A stretch of 62,293 nt of DNA, filler included, from Hausera hauseri (lineage: Eukaryota), in assembly GCA_046269625.1 (NCBI GenBank). It is 11 parts of 11 records of this genome, joined end to end, with 100 filler letters (N's around TTAATTAATTAA, not from the genome) between each part and the next. Parts side by side here need not be neighbours in the genome. Positions count along the whole stretch, not along the records: positions 18,531 to 22,471 come from JBJURY010871293.1; positions 22,572 to 27,243 come from JBJURY010481132.1; positions 27,344 to 33,024 come from JBJURY010207411.1; positions 33,125 to 38,062 come from JBJURY010385813.1; 7 more parts are not named here. One strand, 5' to 3'. A program made the position numbers and the translations under genes. Positions within the stretch are counted from its first letter, which is position 1, and the number at the start of each line of letters is the position of its first letter. Shown piece by piece: positions 22,383-33,820 of this stretch. The notes below the pieces were generated by a model. That model saw only the letters and a list, made by a program, of their open reading frames with translations, made no database searches and was not told the DNA's origin.

Positions 22383-22471
22383 AGTAGTATAAAATTGCCG
22401 GTTCTGGGCCACCCCCTCCCCCCGATTGCGTAACTTCCGGTCTGAATTTGCGCAACTTCCGGTGGAAATTG
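22383..22471 (+). mobile_element. Polinton-like terminus/TIR start; contig breaks inside it
   Basis: AGTAGTATAAAATTGCCGGTTCTGGGCCACCCC, with an abrupt AT-to-GC transition. Confidence 0.7.
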
Positions 22472-22571
22472 NNNNNNNNNNNNNNNNNNNNNNNNNNNNN
22501 NNNNNNNNNNNNNNNTTAATTAATTAANNNNNNNNNNNNNNNNNNNNNNNNNNNNNNNNNNNNNNNNNNNN

Positions 22572-25500
22572 AGCTTCTGCTAAAGTTTCTGCCTTGTGAT
22601 CCGTTAGCGCTACCAACTCGACGAAATGAGTTAGTCGATCAACACAAATCAAGATATATTTATTATTTTTGTGGGTCGTAGGTAGCGGTCCTACGATATC
22701 CATTAACATGGCTTGCATTGGTCTGTCTAGTACGTGATTGGTTTCAGTTCTGCCATGTAGTTTTTCGTCTTCTTCTGCTTGGTTGCACATACCTCACAAG
22801 CACTTACCCAATTCTTTATATCAATATAGATACTGGGCCAAAAGTATTTATTCAATGTTCTTTCCAATGTCCTCTTACATGACATGTGTCCTGCTAAATA
22901 TGAATCATGTTCTGCCATTAGAACTTCAGTTTGTAATCTCTGGAATGAGTATAACTTTTCTGCCCTTTCGTTCATAATACAAAATATCTTCGTGGCTTCT
23001 ATCGTTTAAGGCACAATAATTGCGGCCGTGCCTATGTAGGTGTTTCTTTAGCTGTCGTCCTTTGGTCATTGTGTTTTCCTTAGCAAATTCTATAATCTGC
23101 TGGATGACTTTATCTCCTTTCTGTTCGGCTGAAATTTGAATGGCTTTATCCAACGTTAGAACGCGTTGGAGATCTATTAATTCTTCAAGCTGGGCTTTCT
23201 TCATCACCGTAATTGCGCTCTTCTTAGTCTTCAGTCTCGATAGTGCTTCAGCATCTACATGTTTGTTTCCAGGCCTATATTGAAATTCAATATTATATCT
23301 AAAGATTTCTTCAATCCATCTGTTAAGTCAACATATCGGATTGCTTGCCCGTCTTTTTAAGGTTGTAACAGCTTTATGATCCGTAACGATTATGATTTTC
23401 TGTTTGTACACGTAAATAGTAAAATGTCGAAGTGCTTCTTTAGCGGCTAAAGCTTCCAATTCTGTAACAGAATAATTTTTCACAGCCTTTTTTAATAAAC
23501 GTCCTCCATGTGCGATTAGATGTTTTAATTCTTCATCTTCTCTTTTCTGAGCTAGTTCATATCCAATACCTTCTTTACTGGCGTCGGTCTTAATTATAAA
23601 TGGTAGATTGAAGTCTGGGTACTGTAAAACTGGTTCGCTAGTTAAAATCTTTTTCATTTCATTGAAAGCCTTCTGTTCGACATCTGTCCATTTCCATTTG
23701 ATTCCTTTTTTAAGGAGACGATACAAAGGCGCATTTATTATTGAGTTGTCGGCATACAGGTGGCATAATATACACATAAACCTAGCCAATGTCTTAACTC
23801 TTTCTGATTTTGCGGCTCCATGCAATTTGATATCTTACTTAACAACGATTTATATGGTTTTAATCCTCCTTCGCCAACTATATGGCCAAGGTAGGATACT
23901 GCATTTTGAGCCCATTTACATTTCTTCGGGTTTAATTTTAATTCTGCTTGCTATAATTGCATTAGCGTGTATTCAGTATCCCTTAAATGTTCTTCCTCTG
24001 TCTTCGACGCTATCATTACATCATCTAAATATTCAAAAGCGTGATCTTGTTCCATTAACATTTTGTTCATCATTCTTGTAAAAATAGCTAGTCCGATGGT
24101 AATTCCGAACGGCATAACATTAAATTCGTAAATACAATCATGCATTTTGAATGCTGTTTTATAGCGATCTTCGTCTTCAACTTCTATTTGCCAATATCCG
24201 GTAAACCGTTTTGCCCCTGACAGCCTATCAAGAGCTTCTTTTACTGATGGCAATAGAAAAGAATCCTTCATCATAAGATTGTTTAGTGCCCTATATCGAT
24301 GCAAAATCGATGTTTCCTAGTGTCCTTCTTCTGAACCATAAGAATTGGCGAGTACCAAGGTTTATATCTGGGCCTAATTATGTCCGCTTTAAGCATTCGT
24401 TCGACTTCCTTTGTTATCTCGGGTCTCAATGAATAAGGTGGAGGGTTTCATTTTGTCATCTTCTGATCTTCTAAATCTATCTCTTCGTTTGAACCGGGCT
24501 TCTTAAGCGGAATAGTCAGTTTTAAGGCCTTTGCTCTGCCGATATCCTCGTCATCCTTCGAAATAATCGTGTTAGAGCGACATAATAGTTCGTAGAATCA
24601 ACAATAGATTCAGGCGAAGACTTAGTTTCGACATGAGGTGAAAATTCAACATATTTTTAAGGCTTTTCTTCGATATTGATGGACGATACTTTATAGGTAT
24701 CTCCTAGAGTAGTGTAATCATGTAACCTGATTGGAGTCGGCCCATTATTCGCTATCCTGATTGTCACGCGATCCAAGTGTACTCTTGCCAATACATTACT
24801 AAGTGTTATATTCGAATTTAACGTTTTCCTTGGTTCAAAATATACTGGTTGATCATTATCTTGTTGTATTTGCGCGTAAATTATTATCTTTGTTCTTCGG
24901 GGAATGTTTTCATCGACTGGAATCCACCGTTCTCCAAATTTCCTACCTTTGGCGATTTTTATGCCTCTGTTTGTCCGAATTTCTATTAGCTTTCCCGCCT
25001 GTAAATCTATTGCTGCGATTGGTAGTCTTTTTAGTAGGTCGCAGCCTAGAACTACATCATCAGTTAATTGTTACATAACTGCAAATTCGTGCTGGAAAAA
25101 TTTCCGGGTTCCACAAGAACATCGGTTTCGACATTTGACCAAAAGCTCCTGTGCTACCGGGGTATTTCGTTGGCGGGTACAGTTGTACTCTCAATGTTTG
25201 GGGAATTGAGTCGTTTTTGATGTAAGACATCTCAGAACCTGTGTCGATTAGGGCATATACTCCCCAATCTTCAATAGTGATTTTGGCGAAGGGTCTTCTT
25301 TCTATTACCATTCCGAAACGGCTTGATGCAGCCTTTGGGCGCTTAATTGCCGATATTTTGTGCCCATTAATTCTGATTTCTGGAGAAGTTAGTATATTTC
25401 CCGATAGTTGCCTCAATTCTCCATTTGGATATAATTGATTATTTTCGATGTTAGATTCTTCTGCTTCATGAATACTGATTAATGGTTCTCGGTTGTTAGT

Positions 25501-25810
25501 GTGCGGTTCTATATTCCGAAAGGTTTGTAATTTTCGATTTCCCCACACAGGTGATTTGGTCTTTATATTTCGAGGTTCTCTGGGCAAGTATAGGATCCTA
25601 GGATCGTCCATAGGCTGCCGATAGCATATCTTTCGCGGGATCCAGTATTGCTTATTTCCTTCATAAGAGTCTTCGAGGCTAACTGTTCTCTTGTAGATTT
25701 CCTTTTGATATGAGCCCATTGATCTCTTATCACAGTCTTTGTAGACTGGAGCAGACGGAGGTAATATGGGAAACGGCGCCTTTATGACAAAATATGTCTT
25801 GTCTATCTAC
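22572..25810 (-). mobile_element. Decayed Ty3/Gypsy pol: protease, RT, RNase H, integrase
   Basis: ALIDTGSEMSY (protease), GYWQI..KTAF..FNVMPFG..YLDD (RT), FIIKTDAS..NYSVTELEALA..TDHKA (RNase H), HDSYLAGH..CEVC and MDIVGPLP (integrase). PR-RT-RH-IN order. Confidence 0.93.
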
Positions 25811-27200
25811 TTTTAAGGGAACTTCTCCCTTAGGCTCGTCACCATCTAAATTATTTCTGCGTGTGTTCAGTTTGGTGGGCTTCCGCTTATACAAAAACAT
25901 AGGCCTTCCTTTTCGTTTACGATTATGGTAGCCGACATGACGTTCTACGTCTGATTTCCCTCTACTTTCTTCATAAACCTTTAAAAACTTTCCGAAAGGT
26001 GTGACGATTGAGGTAGATATTTTATACGAGAATCCCGTCAATGTAAGCATTTCATATTCGTTTATTCCTAGTTGGGTGACCGCCTTAATTAGTTGTGTCA
26101 TAGAATATATCGCTAGAAATCCAGATGCGGATTGTCCAAAAATTAAAAATCTTCTCCAAATATTGTAGAGTATTTCCTTAGTTACTCGTTGGTAATGATT
26201 TACTCCGAGCAAGGTTTCCTATTTAGCTTCATATCGAGTATCGTCTAGTATTGAGGCCATGGCTGGATTCAATTCGTGCGTTTGGTGTCGTGAGAAAGCC
26301 AGGAATTGTCTAAAAGCTCCAATTTCCTTTGGTATATAAATTCCTTTTGATGAGATGTAATGAAATTTATCATCCATGATTCCTTTCACGTGATTAGTTC
26401 CCGTTAACTTAATTGGGGAGGTAGTAATACCTCCGTTTGGCAAACTTACCCCATCTGTTTCGCTACGTCTAAACATAGGTTCGCCTAAGCTTGCCTTACA
26501 ATCTTTAAGGATCGTTGGCTGAGTCGCGTTATCTAACAATACTTTAGTAAGTGGCATGGCTAAGCCAGGAATGTTTTGGTATATAACCGGAAGTTTTTGT
26601 ATACACCGCTTTAATTCGACATTGATCAATACATCCCTTTTTTCACATTCGTAAGTATATAAAACCTCACCGGTGACTCGAGCGAAAATTCCTTCTCCCA
26701 TACAAATTATCGGTGATGTTAATTCAGGATTAGCATAAATGACAGCTAATTTTGTTCTCCTAATTTCAATGTCTAGCTTGCAATTGTTCCTTATCATTTT
26801 ATGGTATAGTTCAGCTATTCCAAATTGCCCTTTGTAATAAAAATAATCGTCTCGGTTTTTCAAGTAAATTTCAATACGAATATCCTGTGTTTCAAATTGA
26901 TAAGTCTCTGCATTTATTTCCGTTTCTGCAACGAGAAATGTTTCATAATTAGAGGCAAACATCACAACCTCGCAACCTGAAATCATTTCCTTTTTAATAA
27001 ATTTCAGCCCATAGGTATTAGAAATCAGTATCGTGGGTGTAAAATGCTATGACACGTCTTCCCGCGTTCTTGAGTTACTGTCGAATTTATCCACGTACCG
27101 CTTCCCGGTGGATTCATTGAATTTCAGTTCCTTAATTTTGATAAAATTACAGTTTCTTTTAGAGGGAGGTTCTCATATTATAACAGAACTTCTAAAAGCA
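25805..27200 (-). pseudogene. Chuvirus/herpes-gB-like (class III) envelope glycoprotein, C-terminal half
   Basis: LYHKMIRNNC..LAVIYANP..GIFARVTGEVLYTYEC..CIQKLPVIY..PLTKVL, SKGIY..FRQFLAF and WRRFLIFGQSASGFLAI..LIK..GFSYKI follow the block order of chuvirus-like glycoprotein EVEs. ORFs 26219-26986 and 25730-26212 are in the same frame, separated by one TAG. Confidence 0.8.
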
Positions 27201-27343
27201 CACAAGTAGGTAGATGTGAGGACACCACGCCGAACCCCCCCCCNNNNNNNNNNNNNNNNNNNNNNNNNNNNNNNNNNNNNNNNNNNNTTAATTAATTAAN
27301 NNNNNNNNNNNNNNNNNNNNNNNNNNNNNNNNNNNNNNNNNNN

Positions 27344-29656
27344 TTCGTTCCTTTGCTTCTTCGTTCGTTCGTTCGTTTGTTCATTCTTTCGATCGTTCTT
27401 TCGTTGGTTTGTTCGTTCGTTCGTTCGTTCTTTCGTTCGTTCGTTTCTTCCTTCGTTCGTTCGTTCGTTCTTTCTTTCGATCGCTCGTTCTTTCGGCCAT
27501 TGTTTCTTTCCATCTTTCGTTCCTTTTATCGTTCCTTCGTTCGTTCGTTCGTTCTTTCTTTCGTTCGTTCGTTCATTACTTCGGTCGTTCTTTGTTACGT
27601 TCGTTCGTTCCTTCGCTTCTTCGTTCGTTCGTTCGTTTGTTCATTCTTTCGATCGTTCTTTTTTTCGTTCGTTCGTTCCTTCGCTTCTTCGTTCGTTCGT
27701 TCGTTTGTTCATTCTTTCGATCGTTCTTTTTATCGTTCGTTCGTTCCTTTGCTTCTTCGTTCGTTCGTTCGTTTGTTCATTCTTTCGATCGTTCTTTCGT
27801 TGGTTTGTTCGTTCGTTCGTTCGTTCTTTCGTTCGTTCGTTTCTTCCTTCGTTCGTTCGTTCGTTCTTTCTTTCGATCGCTCGTTCTTTCGGCCATTGTT
27901 TCTTTCCATCTTTCGTTCCTTTTATCGTTCCTTCGTTCGTTCGTTCGTTCTTTCTTTCGTTCGTTCGTTCATTACTTCGGTCGTTCTTTGTTACGTTCGT
28001 TCGTTCCTTCGCTTCTTCGTTCGTTCGTTCGTTTGTTCATTCTTTCGATCGTTCTTTTTTTCGTTCGTTCGTTCCTTCGCTTCTTCGTTCGTTCGTTCGT
28101 TTGTTCATTCTTTCGATCGTTCTTTTTATCGTTCGTTCGTTCCTTTGCTTCTTCGTTCGTTAGTTCGTTTGTTCATTCGTTCGATCGTTCTTTCGTTGGT
28201 TTGTTCGTTCGTTCGTTCGTTTTTTCGTTTTTTCCTTCGTTCTGTCGTTCGTTCTTTCGTTCGTTCTTTTTTTCTTTCGTTTGTTCGTTCGTTTGTTTAT
28301 TCGATCGTTCGTTCGTTCTTTCCGTCTTCCCTTCGTTCGTTCTTTCATTCGTTTATTCGTTCGTTCTTTCGATCGTTCCTTCGTTTTGTCTTTCGTTCGT
28401 TCTTTCGATCGTTCGTTCGTTCCTTCGCTTGTTCGTTCGTTCGTACGTTCGTTCCTTCGTTCGTTCGTTCCTTCGTTCGTTCGTTCGTTCGTTCGTTCGT
28501 TCGTTCTGTCGTTCGTTCCTTCGTTCCTTCATTCGTTCGTTCATTCTTTCGTTCATTCATTCGGTCCTTCACTCGTTCGTTCGTTCTTTAGTTCGTTCGT
28601 TCGTTCCTTCGCTTGTTCTTTCGATCGTTCTTTCGTTCGCTCATTTGTTCGTTTGTTCGTTCGTTCCTTTGTTCCTTCGTTCGTTCTTTCGTTCGGTATT
28701 TCGTTCCTTCGTTCGCTCGTTCGATCCTTCGTTCGTTCGTTCGTTCGTTCTTCATTTCGTTCGTTCCTTCGTTTTTTCGTTCGTTCCTTCGTTTTTCCTT
28801 TCCTTCTTTCTTTCTTTCGTTCGTTCTTTCTTTTGCTTGTTCATTCTTTCGTTCATTCGCTCCTTCGTTCTTTCGTTCCTTCGATTGTTCATTCGTTCGT
28901 TCGTTCGTTCGTTCGATCGTTCTTTCATACTTTCGTTCGCTCGATCGTTTCTTCGTTCGTTCGTTCGTTCTTTCGATCGTTCGATCGTTCCTTCCTTCGT
29001 CCGTTCCTTCGTTCGTTCGATCCTTCGTAATTTCGTTCATTCTTTTGTTCGTTCTTTCGTTCCTTCTTTCCTTCATTCGTTCGTTCGTTCAGCCGTAAGT
29101 TCGTTCGTTCTTTCTTTCGTTCGTTCGTTCTTTCGTTATTTGGTTCGTTCTTTCGTTCGTACTTTCGTTTGTTCGTTCGTTCCTTCGTCCGTTCGTTCCT
29201 TAGTTCATTCTTTCTTTCGTTCGTTCGTTGGTTCTTTCGTTCGTTCGTTCTTTCCTTCTTTCGTTCGTTCGTTCGTTCGTTCTTTCTTTCATTCGTTCGT
29301 TCGTTCTTTGTTTCGTTCTTTCGTTCCTTTGCTTCTTTGTTCGTTCGTTCGTTTGTTCATTCTTTCGATCGTTCTTTCGTTGGTTTGTTCGTTCGTTCGT
29401 TCGTCCTTTCGTTCTTTCCTTCGTTAGTTCGTTCGTTCGTTTGTTCTTTCCGTTTTCGTTCGTTCGTTCTTTCATTCTTTCATTCGTTCGTTCTTTCGTT
29501 CGTTCTTTCGTTCGTTTGTTCTTTCTTTCGTTCTTTCTTTCGTTCGTTCGTTCGATCCTTCGCTTGTTCGTTCGTTCTTACGTTCGTTTCTTCGTTCGAT
29601 CGTTCGTTCGTACGTTCGTTCCTTCGTTCTTTCGTTCGTTCGTTTCTTCCTTCGTT

Positions 29657-29687
<31 letters not shown>

Positions 29688-32591
29688 TTGTTCGTTCCTT
29701 CGTTCTGTCGTTCGTTGCTTCTTTCCTTCTTTCGTTTGGTCGTTCGTTCTTTCCTTCCTTCCTTCGTTCGTTCGTTCTTTCTTTCGTTCGCTCGTTCTTT
29801 CGGCCATTGTTTCTTTCCATCTTTTGTTCCTTTTATCGTTCCTTCGTTCGTTCGTTCGTTCTTTCTTTCGTTCGTTCGTTCATTACTTCGGTCGTTCTTT
29901 GTTACGTTCGTTCGTTCCTTCGCTTCTTCGTTCGTTCGTTCGTTTGTTCATTCTTTCGATCGTTCTTTTTTTCGTTCGTTCGTTCCTTCGCTTCTTCGTT
30001 CGTTCGTTCGTTTGTTCATTCTTTCGATCGTTCTTTTTATCGTTCGTTCGTTCCTTTGCTTCTTCGTTCGTTCGTTCGTTTGTTCATTCGTTCGATCGTT
30101 CTTTCGTTGGTTTGTTCGTTCGTTCGTTCGTTTTTTCGTTTTTTCCTTCATTCGTTCGTTCGTCCTTTCGTTCTTTCCGTTTACGTTCGTTCGACCTTTC
30201 ATTCTTTCATTCCTTCGTTCTGTCGTTCGTTCTTTCGTTCGTTCTTTCTTTCTTTCGTTCGTTCGTTCGTTCCTTCGCTTTTTCGTTCGTTCGTTCGTTT
30301 GTTCGTTCGTTCGTTCTTTCTTTTGTCCGTTCTTTCCTTCCTTCATTCGTTCTTTCGTTCGTTCCTTCGTTTGTTCGGTCGCTCGTTCTTTGGTTCTTTC
30401 GTTCGTTCGTTCTTTCCTTCTTTCGTTCGTTCGTTCGTTCGTTCGTTCGTTCGTTCATTCGTTCGTTCGTTCTTTCTTTCGCTCGTTCGTTCCTTCGCTT
30501 CGTTCGTTCGTTCGTTCGTTTGTTCGTTCGTTAGATTGTTCTTTCGTTCGTTCTTTCGTTCGCTCGTTCGTTCCTTCGTTCCTTCGCTCGCTCGTTCTTT
30601 CGGTATTTCTTTCGATCCTTCTTTCGTTCTTTCGTTCTTTCGTTCATTCGTTCGTTCGTTCTTTGTTTCGTTCTTTCGTTCCTTTGCTTCTTCGTTCGTT
30701 CGTTCGTTTGTTCATTCTTTCGATCGTTCTTTCGTTGGTTTGTTCGTTCGTTCGTTCGTTCTTTCGTTCGTTCGTTTCTTCCTTCGTTCGTTCGTTCGTT
30801 CTTTCTTTCGATCGCTCGTTCTTTCGGCCATTGTTTCTTTCCATCTTTCGTTCCTTTTATCGTTCCTTCGTTCGTTCGTTCGTTCTTTCTTTCGTTCGTT
30901 CGTTCATTACTTCGGTCGTTCTTTGTTACGTTCGTTCGTTCCTTCGCTTCTTCGTTCGTTCGTTCGTTTGTTCATTCTTTCGATCGTTCTTTTTTTCGTT
31001 CGTTCGTTCCTTCGCTTCTTCGTTCGTTCGTTCGTTTGTTCATTCTTTCGATCGTTCTTTTTATCGTTCGTTCGTTCCTTTGCTTCTTCGTTCGTTAGTT
31101 CGTTTGTTCATTCGTTCGATCGTTCTTTCGTTGGTTTGTTCGTTCGTTCGTTCGTTTTTTCGTTTTTTCCTTCGTTCTGTCGTTCGTTCTTTCGTTCGTT
31201 CTTTTTTTCTTTCGTTTGTTCGTTCGTTTGTTTATTCGATCGTTCGTTCGTTCTTTCCGTCTTCCCTTCGTTCGTTCTTTCATTCGTTTATTCGTTCGTT
31301 CTTTCGATCGTTCCTTCGTTTTGTCTTTCGTTCGTTCTTTCGATCGTTCGTTCGTTCCTTCGCTTGTTCGTTCGTTCGTACGTTCGTTCCTTCGTTCGTT
31401 CGTTCCTTCGTTCGTTCGTTCGTTCGTTCGTTCGTTCGTTCTGTCGTTCGTTCCTTCGTTCCTTCATTCGTTCGTTCATTCTTTCGTTCATTCATTCGGT
31501 CCTTCACTCGTTCGTTCGTTCTTTAGTTCGTTCGTTCGTTCCTTCGCTTGTTCTTTCGATCGTTCTTTCGTTCGCTCATTTGTTCGTTTGTTCGTTCGTT
31601 CCTTTGTTCCTTCGTTCGTTCTTTCGTTCGGTATTTCGTTCCTTCGTTCGCTCGTTCGATCCTTCGTTCGTTCGTTCGTTCGTTCTTCATTTCGTTCGTT
31701 CCTTCGTTTTTTCGTTCGTTCCTTCGTTTTTCCTTTCCTTCTTTCTTTCTTTCGTTCGTTCTTTCTTTTGCTTGTTCATTCTTTCGTTCATTCGCTCCTT
31801 CGTTCTTTCGTTCCTTCGATTGTTCATTCGTTCGTTCGTTCGTTCGTTCGATCGTTCTTTCATACTTTCGTTCGCTCGATCGTTTCTTCGTTCGTTCGTT
31901 CGTTCTTTCGATCGTTCGATCGTTCCTTCCTTCGTCCGTTCCTTCGTTCGTTCGATCCTTCGTAATTTCGTTCATTCTTTTGTTCGTTCTTTCGTTCCTT
32001 CTTTCCTTCATTCGTTCGTTCGTTCAGCCGTAAGTTCGTTCGTTCTTTCTTTCGTTCGTTCGTTCTTTCGTTATTTGGTTCGTTCTTTCGTTCGTACTTT
32101 CGTTTGTTCGTTCGTTCCTTCGTCCGTTCGTTCCTTAGTTCATTCTTTCTTTCGTTCGTTCGTTGGTTCTTTCGTTCGTTCGTTCTTTCCTTCTTTCGTT
32201 CGTTCGTTCGTTCGTTCTTTCTTTCATTCGTTCGTTCGTTCTTTGTTTCGTTCTTTCGTTCCTTTGCTTCTTTGTTCGTTCGTTCGTTTGTTCATTCTTT
32301 CGATCGTTCTTTCGTTGGTTTGTTCGTTCGTTCGTTCGTCCTTTCGTTCTTTCCTTCGTTAGTTCGTTCGTTCGTTTGTTCTTTCCGTTTTCGTTCGTTC
32401 GTTCTTTCATTCTTTCATTCGTTCGTTCTTTCGTTCGTTCTTTCGTTCGTTTGTTCTTTCTTTCGTTCTTTCTTTCGTTCGTTCGTTCGATCCTTCGCTT
32501 GTTCGTTCGTTCTTACGTTCGTTTCTTCGTTCGATCGTTCGTTCGTACGTTCGTTCCTTCGTTCTTTCGTTCGTTCGTTTCTTCCTTCGTT

Positions 32592-32622
<31 letters not shown>

Positions 32623-33024
32623 TTGTTCGTTCCTTCGTTCTGTCGTTCGTTGCTTCTTTCCTTCTTTCGTTTGGTCGTTCGTTCTTTCCTTCCTTCCTTC
32701 GTTCGTTCGTTCTTTCTTTCGTTCGCTCGTTCTTTCGGCCATTGTTTCTTTCCATCTTTTGTTCCTTTTATCGTTCCTTCGTTCGTTCGTTCGTTCTTTC
32801 TTTCGTTCGTTCGTTCATTACTTCGGTCGTTCTTTGTTACGTTCGTTCGTTCCTTCGCTTCTTCGTTCGTTCGTTCGTTTGTTCATTCTTTCGATCGTTC
32901 TTTTTTTCGTTCGTTCGTTCCTTCGCTTCTTCGTTCGTTCGTTCGTTTGTTCATTCTTTCGATCGTTCTTTTTATCGTTCGTTCGTTCCTTTGCTTCTTC
33001 GTTCGTTCGTTCGTTTGTTCATTC
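27344..33024. repeat. Degenerate (TTCG)n/(CGAA)n satellite with ~60-, 396- and 2935-bp higher-order periods
   Basis: Marker cggccattg at 27494 and 27890 (offset 396). Identical translated ORFs are offset by 2935 (28160/31095, 29200/32135). Confidence 0.97.
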
Positions 33025-33124
33025 NNNNNNNNNNNNNNNNNNNNNNNNNNNNNNNNNNNNNNNNNNNNTTAATTAATTAANNNNNNNNNNNNNNNNNNNN
33101 NNNNNNNNNNNNNNNNNNNNNNNN

Positions 33125-33437
33125 AGGTCAACGACAGCGGATAGCAATTGCAAGGGCATTTATGGCCAATCCGGAATTCGTTATTTTGGACGAAGCAACG
33201 AGTGCACTCGATAGACATAATGAAGAGCTTGTTCAATTAGCGATAAATGAAATTTTCTGCGGACGTACAATTCTTATTATTAGCCATCGACCGAGATTAC
33301 TGCAATCGGCCGATTTTATTTATGTCCTTAACAAGGGGCGAATAGTTTGCCAAGGCCCATTTAAGGACCAAATGATGGGCACCGGTGATCATTTTAGTGA
33401 ATTAGGGGTTGATACATATGCGAATATTGTGAAATAA
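33125..33437 (+). CDS. ABC transporter (ABCB-like) nucleotide-binding domain, C-terminal end
   Basis: GQRQRIAIARAFMANPEFVILDEATSALD (signature end, Walker B, D-loop) and IISHR (H-loop). Truncated by the contig start. Confidence 0.92.
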
Positions 33438-33820
33438 ATTAGACTTGTTTCATATTTATTTTCCTGATTTTGATGCGTTCGAATCGTTGAGAATGGTACA
33501 GTATCAGACTGATGGATGACTGCATGAGAAACGGCACATTTAAATATAAAACAATTTACATATTAAATATTGATCACCAAATGCTTTCCTCACTACAATA
33601 TTAGAACTTTACCAAAATATGAATTATCATCATTATTAGGTCGAGTAAAATGAAAATGTAGAATATATTATTAACTTAAGATTTAGAATTTGAGAAAAAA
33701 TTATACATTTTGTCAAGAACAACGTAAAAAGACAAAATTCAAATGTAATTGAAAATACGACAAATCCTCGAATAAATAATATTGTATAAAAATTAAGAAT
33801 AAAAGCATATCTGTGGCTAT

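Noticed and set aside
27205-27243. agtaggtag...ccccccc as another Polinton terminus
   Set aside because: Does not match the conserved spacing and is too short before the contig break to evaluate.
27344-33024. CRISPR-like or coded repeat array
   Set aside because: There are no constant repeats with unique spacers; variation is explained by point decay and block duplication.
27353-33080. Long ORFs of up to 1044 aa (FVRS/ERTN repeats)
   Set aside because: These are translations of an A-poor (TTCG)n satellite that rarely forms stop codons. They are open in all frames and are not genes.
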